64,000 nt of DNA from Heterodontus francisci (lineage: Eukaryota), in the NCBI RefSeq assembly GCF_036365525.1, contig NC_090385.1, positions 73,020,065 to 73,084,064 on the forward strand, in the 5' to 3' direction. Positions 50,673-63,589 of the stretch are shown here, one piece after another. The notes below the pieces were generated by a model. The model ran no database searches, was not told the origin of the DNA, and saw nothing but the letters and a program-made list of their open reading frames with translations. A program made the translations under genes and the position numbers. The number at the start of each line of letters is the position of its first letter. The first letter of the stretch is position 1.

Positions 50673-53215
50673 CTTTTTTTATTCATTCTTGGGATGTGGG
50701 CATCACTGGCAAGGCCAGTATTTATTGCCCATCCCTAATTGCCCTTGAGCAGGTGGTGGTGAGCTCCCTTCTGAAGCTGCTGCAGTCCCTGTGGTGTAGG
50801 TCTTCTTCTTCTTTGGCCTCCTTGTCTCGAGAGACAATGGGTAAGCGCCTGGAGGTGGCCAGTGGTTTGTGCAGCAGCGCCTGGAGTGGCTATAAAGGCC
50901 AATTCTAGAGTGACAGACTCTTCCACAGGCGCTGCAGATAAAATTGGTTGTCGGGGCTGTTACACAGTTGGCTCTCTCCTTGCGCTTCTGTCTTTTTTCC
51001 TGCCAACTGCTAAGTCTCTTCGACTCGCCACGCTTTAGCCCCGCCTTTATGGTTGCCCAATTCTGACTTTATGATGGAGGGAAGTTCATTGATGAAGCAG
51101 GTGAAGATGGTTGGACCTATGACACTACCCTGAAGAACTCCTGCAGTGATCTCCTGGCTGAGATGATTGACCTCCAACAGCCACAACCATCATCTTTTGT
51201 GCTAGGTATGACTGCAACCAGCAGAGAGTTTTCCCCCAATTCCCATTAACTTCAATTTTGCTAGTGCTCCTCGAACTCACATTCAGTCAAATGCTGCCTT
51301 GATATCAAGGGCAGCCACTCTCACCTCACCTGTGGCATTCACCTCTTTTGTCCATGTTCAGATCAAGGCTGTAATGAGGTCTGGAGTTGAGTGATCCTGG
51401 GAGAACCCAAACTGAGCATCCATGAGCAGGTTATTGCTGTGTAACTGCCACTTATTAGGATTGTCAATGACAACTTCCATCGCTTTGCTGATGGTTGAGA
51501 GTGGACAGATAGTTCGGTAATTTGCCAGTTTGGATGTGACCTGCTTATTGTGGACAGGACATACCTGGACAATTTTCCAAATTGTCAGGTAGCTGTGAGT
51601 GTTGTAGTTGTACTGGAAAAACTTGGCTAGGGGCACGGCTAGTTCTCAAACACAAGTCTCCAGTACAACAGTGGGGATATTATACGGGGCCAGTGCCTTT
51701 GCTGTATCCAGTGCCTTCAGCTATTTCTTGTTCTAATGTAGAGTGAATCAAATTGACTGAAAATGGCATCTGTGAAGCTGGAGACCACAGGAGGAGGCCG
51801 AGATGGATCATTCACTCTGCATTTTTGGCTGAAGATGGCTGCAAATGTTTCAACCTTGTCATTTGCACTGACATGCAGGATTCCCCCATGATAGCGGATG
51901 TGACAGGACTGCAGAGCTTTGAACTGATCTGTTGGTTGTGGGATTGCTTTTCTCTGTCTAACACATACTGCTTCCGCTGTTTTACATGCAGGTAGTCGTG
52001 TGTTGTAACTTCACCAGACTAGCACCTCATTTTTAGGTATGCCTGATGTTGCTCCTGGCATGCACAACTGCACTCCTCATTGAATCAAGGTTAATTCCCT
52101 TGGCTTGATGGTAATGTTAAACTGAGGTATATGTCCAGCCATGAGGCTACAGATTGTGGTTGAATACATTTCTGCTGCTGCTAATGGTCCACAGCACCTC
52201 ATGGATGTCCAGTTACGAGCTGCTACATCAGTTCTGAATCTATCTCATTTAGCACAGGTAGTGCCACACAATACGTTGGCAGGTATCCTCAGTGTGAAGA
52301 CAGGACTTCGTCTCCGCAAGGACTGTGAGTGGTCACTCCTACCAATACTGTTATAGACTGATGCATCTGTGGCAGGTCCTTATGAGGACGATGTCAAATA
52401 GATTTTATCCTCTTCTGCACTATCTGCCGCAGGCTAGGTCGGACGGATATGTCCTTCAGGACTTGGCCAGCTTGGTCAGTAGTGGTGCTACTGAGCCACA
52501 ATTGGAGGTGGATATTGAAGTCCTCCACCCAGAGGACATTGTGAAGCCCTGATACCCTCAGCACTTCTTTAACATGGAGGAGTACTGATTCATCAGCTGA
52601 GGGATGGCAGTGGGTGGTAATCATCAAGAGGTTTCCTTGCCCATGTTTGACCTGATGCCATGAGACATCATGGGGTCCATAGTCAATCTTGAGTGTTCTC
52701 AGGGCCACTCCCTCCTGACCGTATACCACTGTGCCACCATCTCTGGTGGGTTTGTCCTGCCAGTGTGACAGGAAATACCCAGGGATGGTGATGGCAGTGC
52801 CTGGGACATTGGCTGGAAGGTTTGATTTGGTGAGTATGACTATGTCAGGCTATTGCTTTTCTAGTCTGTGTGACAGCGCACCCAATTTTGGCACGTCCCC
52901 AGAGGCTCCTCAGGCGGTATTTGCAGGGTTGACTGATCAGGGGGTGCCTTTGTTGTTTCTGGTGCCTAGATTGATGCTGGATGGTCTTTTTCAGCTTTCT
53001 ATAGTGATGTGATACAACTGAATTGCTTGCTTGACCATTTCAGAGGGCAGTTAAGAGTCAACAACATTGCCGTGGGTCTGGAGTCACATGCAGGCTAGAC
53101 TGTGCAGATTTACTTCCCTAAGGGTACTTGTGAACCAAATGGGTTTTTATGATCATCCAGTAGTTTCATGGTCACCATTATTGAGATGAGATTTTATTCC
53201 AGTTTTATTATTTTA
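50673..53215 (-). mobile_element. Zenon-like LINE copy D (leader, EN, RT, tail; internal deletion at the RTE insertion)
   Basis: Leader at 53010-53215; EN motif WVEDFNIH; RT motifs QFGFSQDHS and LDIKAAF; tail at 50673-50800. Confidence 0.88.
50801..51058 (-). mobile_element. RTE-clade LINE 3' fragment
   Basis: Minus strand open frame ..FICSACGRVCHSRIGLYSHSRRC (RTE C-terminal zinc finger); (GAA)n tail. Confidence 0.88.
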
Positions 53216-53309
53216 TAATAATAACAACAATTAAAATTAAATAGGACTTCTTGTAATAAAATGTCCCAAGGCACTTCACAGGGGCATTATAAAACAAAAT
53301 ATGACTTTC

Positions 53310-53460
53310 TTTTTAATGGGATGTGGGCATCACTATCTAGGCCAGCATTTATTGCCCATCCTTAATTGCCCTTGAACTGAGTGGCTTGTCAGGCCATTTC
53401 AGAGGGCATTTAGGAGTCAACCACATCACTGTGGGTCTGGAGTCACAGGTAGGCCAGACA
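53310..53460 (-). mobile_element. 3' half of tRNA-headed SINE (5' half at 59722-59960)
   Basis: Reverse complement matches 46200-46358, including the junction ccactcagtt|caagggc. Confidence 0.85.
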
Positions 53461-54725
53461 CAGAAACATAGAAAATAGGAGCAGGAGTAGGCCATTCGGC
53501 CCTTCAAGCCTGCTCCGCCATTCATTATGATCATGGCTGATCATCCAACTCAGTAACCTGTTCCAGCTTTCGCTTCATACCCTTTGATCCCTTTAGACCC
53601 AAGAGCTATATCTAGCTCCTTCTTGAAAACATACAATGTTTTGGCCTCAACTGCTTTCTGTGGTAGTGAATTCCATAGGCTTACCACTCTCTTGGTGAAG
53701 AAGTTCCTCCTCATCTCAATCCTGAAAGGTTTACCCCATTTCCTTAGACTATGACCCCTGGTTCTGGACTCCTCCACCATCAGGAACATCCTTCCTGCAT
53801 CTAACCTGTCAAGTCCTGTTGGAATTTTATAGGTTTCTATGAGATCCCCCCTCACTCTTCCGTACTCCAATGAATATAATCCTAACCAACTCAATCTTTC
53901 TTCATACGTCAGTCCCGCCATCCCAGGAATCAGTCTGGTAAACCTTCGCTGCACTCCCTCTATAGCAAGAACATCCTTCCTCAGATAAGGAGACCAAAAC
54001 TGCACACAATATTCCAGGTGTGGCCTTACCAAGGCCCTGTATAATTGCAGCAAGACATCCCTGCTTCTGTACCCGAGTCCTCTCACGATGAAGGCCAACA
54101 TACCATTTGCCCTTTTTACTGCCTGTTGCACCTGCATGCTTACCTTCAGTGACTGTTTGCACTGGAGTGCTCACTTGGGTTGCATTGGAGCGTTAAAGTG
54201 GAAGTTTGGTGACTGAGGATAATTAAGGGTTAATTTTATCTTAAGTCGAGTCTGTCTTTTATTTAGCAGATTAAATTAACAGTTGCTGTTTGGGTTGGAG
54301 AAGTTGAGTTTTCGACCAGCTTTAAACAGAGTTCACTCAGGCTCTGCTTGCAGCTGCACCTTGTTAATTAGAGAATTGGCTTAAACCAGTTTTCAGAGCT
54401 CGATTCAGTCAGTATAAAAGTGGGCAATCTTACAGTGCTGACCTTGTTTGTACTGGAGTGCTGACTTGGGTTGCATTAGAGTGTTAAAATGGAAGTTTGG
54501 TGACTGAGGGAGTTCGGTGAGGAGGGAGCGAGGAGCTACTTTCATTTCCTACCTGTCCTCAGAGTGAGGGGAGCTGAGAGTCTCCAAAGAGCACAGCTGA
54601 CTGGTGAGTAAGTCCTGGTGGGTATTTTTCAAAGTGGATTGAATTGTAAGTCATTGTTTCAGCAAGACTTAATTGTTTTTTTAAAATTCTAATCTTCTGA
54701 AGTTTTTAATTTAAAGGGTTTAGTC

Positions 54726-55493
54726 ATGGCAGGAGAGCATTGTGGATAGCACATATAGAGAGGTGGTCACACCGCATCTGAAGGGACTTGAGGAAGGAAA
54801 GGAATGGGTGACCATCAGGCAGTCAAAGAGAAACAGGCAGGTAGTTCAGGAGTCCCCTGGGGTCCCACTTGTAAATCAGTATTCCATTTTGGAGGCTGAT
54901 AAGGCTGGTTCCTCCAGGGAGTGCGGACAGAGCCAAGCTTCTGGCACCGCAAGCAGCCTGTTCGCACAGGAAGGGGGTAAGAGAGGAAGAGCAATAGTAA
55001 TAGGGGATTCTATAGTCAGGGGAACAGATAGGCGCTACTGTGGCCATCAACGTGACTGCAGGATGGTGTGTTGCCTCCCTGGTGCCAGGGTCTGGGATGT
55101 CACTGAACGGCTGCAGGGCATCCTGAAAGGGGAGGGTGATAAGGCAGAGGTCATGGTACATGTTGGTAACAATGACATAGGTAGAAAGAGGGATGAGGGC
55201 TTGCATCAAGAATTCAGGGAGTTAGGCTGTAGACTAAAAAGCACGACCTCTCGGGTTGTAATCTCTGGATTACTCCCAGCGACATGTGCTAGCGAGTATA
55301 GAAATAGGAGAATAGCACAGATGAATGCGTGGCTTAAGAGTCGGTGCAGGAGGTTTTAGATTCCTGGACCACTGGGACCGTTTCTGGGGAAGGTGGGACC
55401 TGTACAAGCGGGATGGTCTACATCTGAACCAGAGGGGGACTAACATCCTTGCTGGTGGGTTTGCGAGTGCTGTTGGGAGGAGTTTAAACTAAT
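54726..55493 (+). pseudogene. CR1 ORF1 with SGNH/GDSL esterase domain, frameshifted
   Basis: IVIGDSIVRG, VCCLPGA, VHVGNND, and DGLHLNQRG after a frameshift. Confidence 0.88.
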
Positions 55494-55509
55494 TTGGCAG
55501 GGGAAGGGG

Positions 55510-58395
55510 ATGCAGACTCCTAGCAGAATAGGGACACAGCTAAACACAGGAAAGCGAACAAGTCAGAGGGAATACAGCGGAAGTACGTTTCAAGGGAGTA
55601 AGACCAGGATGGAAGGCCTCTACTTTAATGCCAGGAGTATTGCAGGTAAAACGGATGAGTTAAGGGCAATGATTGACACGTGGAATTGTGATATAGTAGC
55701 CATCACGGAGACATGGTTGAGGGAGGGGCAGGATTGGCAGCTCAATATCCCGGGATATAGAATCTTCAGGCGAGACAGAGGAGGGGGTAAAAGAGAAGGG
55801 GGCATTGCAATACTAGTTAAGGAGTCAGTTACTGCAGTAAGGAGAGATGATATCTTGGAGGGGGCATCAAATGAAGCTTTATGGGTAGAGTTTAGGAATA
55901 AAAAAGGGACAGCCACATTGCTAGGTGTTTATTATAGACCTCCAGATAATCAGCGGGAAATTGAGGAGCAAATATGTGCGCAATTTGCAGAGGTGTGTAA
56001 AAATAATAGGGTAATTATATTAGGTGATTTCAACTTTCCCAACATTAATTGGGATAGTCATCGTGTTAAGGGCTTAGATGGAGTGGAGTTCTTAAAATGT
56101 ATACAGGAGAACTTTTTAGCTCAATATGTAGAGAATCCAACAAGGGAGGGTGCAGTGCTGGACCAAATTCTGGGGAATGAAGCAGGACAGGTGGTTGATG
56201 TGTTGATGGGGGAGCATTTTGGTGATAGCAACCACAACGTGGTACAATTTAAGCTTGTTATGGAGAAAGAAATAGACAAGTTGTAAAAAAAGGTTTTGGA
56301 TTGGGGGAGAGTGAATTTTAGTAAAATAAGGCAGGATCTGGTCAAGGTAGACTGGAAAGAGATACTTGTCGGGAAATCTACAGAAGAGCAGTGGGGGGCA
56401 TTCAAAAAGGAAATGGGGAGGGTACAGGCCAAACATGTTCCCTCTAGGGAAATAGGTAGGAGCAACAAGCCCAGAGAAACATTCTGGGTACGATGAGAAG
56501 GAAAAGAGAGGCTTTTAGCAAACACAAGGAGAGCAAATCAATGGAAGCATTAGTGGAGTACAGAAAGTGTAGGATGGAGCTTAAGAAAGCAATTAGAAGA
56601 GCAAAGAGGGGATATGAGAAAGCTCTGGCTGGTAAAAGTAGGGAAAATCCCTAGATATTCTATAAGTATATCAATGGGAAGAGGATAACCAGGGAAAGAG
56701 TAGGACCCATTAGGGACCAAGGGGGAAATTTGTGGATGGAGCCAGAGGACATTGGTAGGGTGTTGAACGAATACTTCACATCTGTCTTCACCCAAGAGAA
56801 AGAAGATGTAGATATGGAACTTAGAGAGAGAGACTGTGAGGTTCTTGAGCAAATTGTCATAGGGAGTGACAAGGTACTGGAGGTTTTGGCAGGCTTAAAA
56901 GTGGACAAATCTCCAGGTCCGGACGATTTGTGTCCCAGGATGCTGTCGGAGGCGAGGGTGGAGATTGCAGGGGCTCTGACCCTAATTTTAAATTTCTCTA
57001 TGGCCATGGCGGAGGTGCCAGAGGATTGGAGGACAGCTAATGTGGTCCCACTATTTAAGAAAGGTTGTGGAGATAAGCCAGGGAACTACAGACCAGTGAG
57101 TCTCACGTCAGTGGTAGGGAAACTATTGGAGAAAATTCTGAAGGAGAGAATCTATCACCACTTGGAGAGGCAAAATTTGATAAGGAATAGTCAGCAAAGC
57201 TTTGTCAGAGAAAGGTCATGCCTAACAAATTTGATTAATTTTTTTGAGCATCTGACCAGGTGTGTCGATGAGGGTAGTGCAGTTGATGTAGTTTACATGG
57301 ATTTCAGCAAAGCCTTTGACAAGGTCCCACATGAGAGACTTATCAAGAAAGCAAATGGACATGGGATACAAGGTAACTTGATAAGGTGGATTCAAAATTG
57401 GCTTAGCTGTAGGAGACAGAGTGATGACAGATGGCTGTTTTAGTGACTGGAAGCCAGTGTCCTGTGGTGTACTACAGGGATCTGTGCTGGGTCCCCTATT
57501 GTTTGTCATTTATATACATGACATAGATGACTATGTGGGGGGTAGGATCAGTAGGTTCGGGGATGACACAAAGATTGGCCGAGTGCTTAACAGTGAGGTT
57601 GAGTGTCTTTGGTTACAGGAACATGCAGACGGGATGGTCAAATGGACAGAAAAGTGGCAGATGGAATTTAATGCTGAAAAGTGTGAGGTGATACACTTTG
57701 GAAGGAGTAATGTGACACGGAAGTATTCAATGAATGGCCTGACACTGGGAAGTTCCGAGGAACAAAGGGACCTTGGCGTGTTTATCCGTAGATCTCTGAA
57801 GGCAGAAGGGCAGGTTAATAGGGTGGTGAAAAAGGCATATGGGACACTTGCCTTTATCAATCGAGGCATAGATTACAAAAGCAGGGAGGTCATGTTGGAG
57901 TTGTACAGAACCTTGGTAAGGCCACAGCTGGAGTACTGTGTGCAATTCTGGTCGCCACATTATAGGAAGGATGTGATTGCATTGGAGGGGGTGCAGCAGT
58001 GATTCACCAGGATTTTGCCTGGGATGGAATATTTAAGCTATGAAGAGAGGTTGGATAGGCTTGGGTTGTTTTCGCTGGAGCAGAGAAGACTGAGGGGTGA
58101 CCTGATCGAGGTGTACAAGATTATGAGGGGCATGGACAGGGTGGATAGGGAAAAGCTGTTCCCCTTAGTTGAAGGGTCAATTATGAGGGGTCACAAGTTT
58201 AAGGTGAGGGGCGGGAGGTTTAAGGGGGATTTGAGGAAGAACTTTTTTAACCAGAGGGTGGTGACGGTCTGGAATGCCCTGCCTGGGAGGGTGGTAAAGG
58301 CAGGTTGCTTCACATCCTTTAAAAAGTACCTGGATGTGCACTTGGCACGTCATAACATTCAAGGCTATGGGCCAAGTGCTGGCAAATGGGATTAG
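55510..58395 (+). pseudogene. CR1 ORF2 (APE endonuclease plus reverse transcriptase), disrupted
   Basis: YFNARS, AITETW, GVYYRPP, LGDFNFP; SPGPD, YMDFSKAFDKVPH, FGDDTK, LEYCVQFW; several stops and frameshifts. Confidence 0.95.
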
Positions 58396-59721
58396 GTAGA
58401 CAGGTCAGGTGTTTTAATATATTGGTGCAGACTCGATGGGCCGAAGGCATCTGCACTGTATTATTCTGTGATTCTGTGACTGGTGTACGAGAACACCCAG
58501 GTCTCGCTGCATGCACTTTAATTTTACATGCTAATCTCTTATGTGGGACTTTGTTGAAAGCCTTCTGAAAGTTCAAATAAACCACATCCACTGGCTCCCC
58601 CTCATCAACTCTACTAGTTACATCCTCGAAGAATTCTGGTAGATTTGCCAAGCATGATTTCCCTTTCGTAAATCCATGCTGACTCTGCTCGATTCTACCA
58701 CCGTTCTCTAAGTGCCTTGCGATAAAATCTTTGATAATGGACTCGAGAATTTTCCCCACTGCCGACGTCAGGCTGACTGGTCTATAATTCCCTGCTTTCT
58801 CTCTACCTCCCTTTTCAAATAGTGGGGTTACATTAGCTACCCTCCAATCTGTAGGAACTGTTTCAGAGTCTATAGAATCTTGGAAGATGACCACCAATGC
58901 ATCCATTATTTCTAGGGCCACTTTCTTAAGTACTCTGGGATGCATACCATCAAGCCCTGTGGATTTATCAGCCTTCAATCCCATCATTTTCCCCAATGCC
59001 ATTTCTCTAATAATACTGATTTTCTTCAATTCCTCTCTCTCTCTAAGACCTGTGTTCCCCAACATTTATGTTATGATATTTGTGTCCTCCTTTGTGAAGA
59101 CAGAACCAAAGTATGCATTTAGTTGGTCAGCCATTTATTTATTCCCCATAATAAATTCCCCTGTTTCTGACTGTAAGGGGCCTACATTTGTCTTCACCAA
59201 TCTTTTTCTCTTCACATACCTATCGAAGCTTTTACAGTCAGTTTTTATGTTCCCTGCAAGCTTGCTCTCATACTCTATTTTCCCCTTCTTAATCAATCCC
59301 TTGGTCCTCCTTTGCTGAATTCTAAACTGCTCCCAATCCTCAGGTCTATTGCTTTTCCTGGCAAATTTATATGCCTCTTCCTTGGATCTAATGCTATCTC
59401 TAATTTCCCTTGTAAGCCATGGTTTGGCTACCTTTCCCGTTTTACTTTTGTGCCAGACAGGGATAAACAATTGTTGCAGTTCATCCATGCACTCTTTAAA
59501 TGTTTGCCCTTGCCTGTCCACTGTCATCCCTTTAAGTAATGTTTCCCAATCCGTCGTGGCCAACTCACGCCTCATACCTTCATAGTTTCCCTTACTAAGA
59601 TTCAGGACCCTTGTCTCAGAATCAACAACGCCACTCTCCATCTTGATGAAGAATTCTATCATATTATGGTTGCTTGTCCCCAAGGGATCTTGCACCATTA
59701 GATTGTCAATTATTCCTCTCT

Positions 59722-59960
59722 ATGACCAGCTAAGGATGGCAGATTTCCTTTCCTCAAGGACATTCGTGAACCAAATGGGTTTTTACAACAATCAACAATG
59801 GTTTCAGGGGCACTATTAAACTGGCTTCTAGTTCCAGATTTATTATTTGAATTCAAATTTCACCGTTTGCTGTGGTGGGATTTGAGCCTATGTCCTCAGA
59901 GCACTAGCCTGGGCTCTGGATAACTAGTCCAGTGTTATTACCCCTGCGCCACCACCGCCC
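59722..59960 (-). mobile_element. 5' half of tRNA-headed SINE
   Basis: Minus strand: ggtggcgcaggggtaataacactggactagttatccagag..ggctcaaatcccaccac; continues at 53460. Confidence 0.85.
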
Positions 59961-59982
59961 CATGAGCCACATAAGGAGATAT

Positions 59983-60245
59983 TGGCCAGAATTTTATGGT
60001 GGGCAGGAGGCCTTGCCCACCAGCCAAAAAGATGGTGGCGAGCCCGCCTCTGCCAGGCCTGGGAGCACATCAGGATTTGACGTGGCCCAGGCCCTTAACT
60101 GGATTTGGGTGGGACTACCACCTTTCTGAGGCAGGAAGTCCCATTGAAAGCCGACAGATCTCAGTCCCAGCAGCAGCACCAGGCGAGGTGACCACTGCTG
60201 GAACTGCACCCAGTTTTGGCAGCAAGAGGGATGCCAGACCCAGAA
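59983..60245. mobile_element. Left part of a Harbinger-type MITE
   Basis: ggccagaattttat terminus; blocks shared with 8451 and 39807 (gaccactgctggaactgc). Confidence 0.6.
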
Positions 60246-60249
60246 GAAA

Positions 60250-62130
60250 GAGAATAGAATATGATGTAAACTAGCAAGAAATATAAATACGGATTGTAAA
60301 AGCTTCCATTGGCATGTAAAAAGGAAAAAAATGGCAAAGAAAAAAGTGGGTCCATTACAGGCAGAGACAGGAGAATTAATAATGGGAAATAGAGAAATGG
60401 CAGAGAAGCTAAATGATTACTTTGTATCTGTCGACATTGGAGAAGATACAAGAAATCTCCCTGAAATAATTGAGATCCAAGGGTCTAGTGGGAATGAGGA
60501 ACTGAAAGAAATTAGGGTTAGTAAAAAATTGGTATTGGAGAAATTAATGGAACTGAAGGTTGATAAATCCCTGGGACCCGATGATCTTCACCCTAGAGTG
60601 TTGAAAGAGATAGTTACAGAGATAGTGGATGCATTGATTCTAATCTTTCAAAATTCTATAAATTCTGCAATGGTGTCTGCAGATTGGAAAGTTGCACAAG
60701 TAATCCCACTGTTTAAGAAAGGAGGGAAAGAGAAAACGGGAACTAAAGACCTGTTGGCCTGACTTCAGTAGTAGGGAAAATACTAGAATCTATTATAAAG
60801 GATGTGATTACTGGACACTTAGAGAACAATGGTCTGATTGGGCAGAGTCAACGTGGATTTATGAAGGGGAAATCATATTTGACAAACTTGTTCTTGTTTT
60901 TGAGGATGTTAGTTGCCGAGTGGATAAGGGGGAACCAGTGGAAGTGGTGTATTGAGACTTTCAGAAGGCTTTTGATAAAGTCCCACATAGGAGGTTACTG
61001 AGCAAAATTAAAGCGCATGGGATTGGGGGTAATATACGAGCATGGATTGAGGATTGGGTAGCAGGCAGAAAACAGTAGGAATAAAAGTGTCATTCTCAGG
61101 TTGGCATGCTGTGACCAGTGGGGTATAACAAGGATTGGTGCTTGAGACCCAGCCGTTCACAATCTATGTCAATGATTTGGATGTGAGGACCAAATGTAAT
61201 ATTGCCAAGTTTGCGCATGACGCAAAACTTGATGCGAATGTGAGTTGCGAGGAGGTTGCAAAGAGGTTTCAAGGGGATTTGGACAGGCTGAGTGAGTAGG
61301 CAAGAACACGGCAGATGGAATATAATGTGGATAAGTGTGAGGTTATCAACTTTGGTAGGAGGAATGGAGGTGCAGAGTATTTCTTGAATGGTGAGATTGG
61401 AAAGTGTTGATGTCCAAAGGGACCTAGGTGTCCTTGTTCCTAAGTCCCTGAAAGCTAGCATGCAGGTGCAGCAAGCAATTAGGAAGGAAAATGGTATGCT
61501 AGCCTTTATCACAAGAGGATTTGTGTACAGGAGCAAAGAAGTCTTGCTTCAATTGTATAGAGCATTGATGAGGCTGCACCTGGCATATTGTGTGGGTCCC
61601 CTTGCCTGAGGAAGAATATATTTGCCATAGAGGGAGTGCAGTGGAGGTTCACCAGACTGTTTCCTGGGATGGTGTGATTGTCCTATGAGGAGAGAGATTG
61701 AGGAGACTGGGCCTGCATTTTCTGGAGTTTAGTAGAATTAGAGGTGATCTCAGAAATTTACAAAATTCTTAAAGGGATAGATAGGGTAGATGAAGAAAGG
61801 ATATGACCTCTGGCTGTGGGGTCTAGAACCAAGGGCCACAATCTCAGAATACAGGGCAAGCCATTTTGGACTGAGATGAGGAGGAACTTCTTCATTCAGA
61901 GGGTGGTGAATCTTTGGAATTCTCTGCCCCAGTGGGTGGTGGAAGCTCAGTCACTGAATAAGTTCAAGACAGAGATCAATAGATTTCTAATTGCTAATGA
62001 CATCAAGGGATATGGGGATAATGCATGAATATGGCATTGAGGTAGACGATCAGCCATGATTTAGAATGGCGGAGCAGACTTGAAGGGCTGAATGGTCTAC
62101 TCCTGTTCCTATGTTCCCATGTTCCCATGC
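60250..62130 (+). mobile_element. CR1 LINE, 5'-truncated, decayed
   Basis: LGPDDLHPRVLKE, QRDLGV, WNSLPQ; tail ctactcctgttcctatgttcccatg. Confidence 0.92.
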
Positions 62131-63589
62131 GCCTTATAGAATAACTTCGAGTTATCCTATAAGAGTAATTTTATACGGCTCAATCGCTGGTATGGAACCT
62201 CACTAGCGGCAACCGCAGGATGAAAAATTCAACATGTACTCAAATTCAGCAAGGATCCATGCTGTCATTGAAGCCTCATCGCATTATCTCTTGCATGTCC
62301 ATTCTGTGTTCTTTAAGCATGAGAAGCCATGCATCCACCTTGGTTCATTTCTTTTTAGAGAGTTGATATGCGACAGACAGTATAGGAACACCGAGGGATT
62401 GAGCTGTGCCAGTTCTTTCTGGAACAGTGGTATAAATTGGCTCTGTAAACTAGCAGAGAACAAAGCACTGACATGTGATTGAGGTGTCAGTAAAAGTGAT
62501 TAAATAAATGGGTGGATATAACAAATTACTGCAGTTTTCACATTTCAGCAACACAGTATGTATTGGTAGCTTTTTGCACATTTGAAAGAGTATCAGGAAC
62601 TTAACATCACTATTAAGACACAGTCCATTCCACAGATATTAGGCACAGTGTTTTTAAGCATGTCTTTAAATTCTCAAATATAGATCATGAAGCATTATTT
62701 CTGCTGTGTTCAAATAATTTTTATTTTTACAATTCTGAATTGTTGACTGTAGGAAATGCAATGATTAGATATCAATAGAGACTGAAATGTTTTATGAGGT
62801 CATTTTAGATCTTCGTAACTATTGTTTTTTCCCTTAGCGGCTAACATTGTAACGATGTTTTCTCCATATTCTTTTTGGTTACAAAACTACAGCAGCTGAT
62901 TTTACATGTTATGATCAGTAATCAGACAACAGTATGGAAATCAATATTAGTTCTTAACTTATTCAATAAACAAGTCAAAATTAGAGCTGAATTTTCAGCA
63001 AGTCAAACCAGTTCTTTTGCAGATGCATTAATACTGATTCTTTTACTAATACAATATTGCACATATTAATTAATAGTATTGCCAGGAGAAATACACTGAA
63101 ATGTATCTGGGTCATGCTGAATCCTAGAATATTAATATGTTTACACAGAGAATAATTCATGCCATGAAGCCAGCTGAAGAATCTCTCTTATGGAGAGTAC
63201 AACACCTCTGGTGGATTTCCATTGTTTTCTTCAAAGCTTTAGCTTGGCAATCATCATTAAATCATTCCCCATGATCCCACACCAAAAATATCCAACTAAG
63301 TAAAAATGAGAAATTCAACAATAATTTAGCTTCAGTAATTGATAATTACTGCTGTAATTGTTTGAATTGAGCTATTTCAGCCCCAGGAATTACTCTCCCA
63401 CTCCACGCAGAAGGTAAAGAAATATTTTCCATGTAATCTTTACCTTCTTCATAAAACAACTCACAGAATTATAAAATACATTCCTAAATACTAACACCCC
63501 TCTTAAAGGACATCATATGATTGGACATTACTTACATAAAAGATGTCAACATTTCCAAAATACTTCCACTGAGACAGTATAAATGACAC

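Larger units (their letters stand above)
54156..58475 (+). mobile_element. Near full-length CR1 LINE (5' UTR, ORF1, ORF2, tail)
   Basis: TSD/microhomology gtgactg at 54149-54155 and 58476-58482; (ATTCTGTG)n tail; both ORFs recognisable. Confidence 0.95.
53462..59720 (-). mobile_element. CR1 LINE, 5'-truncated, split by a full-length CR1
   Basis: ORFs 59135..59698, 58319..59065 and 53550..54137(-) are consecutive CR1 ORF2 parts; tail at 53462-53545; RT core deleted near 58513. Confidence 0.92.

Noticed and set aside
58319-59065. 248-aa ORF with a novel C-terminus
   Set aside because: CR1 RT N-terminus reading through a deletion junction into the antisense tail of the nested CR1.
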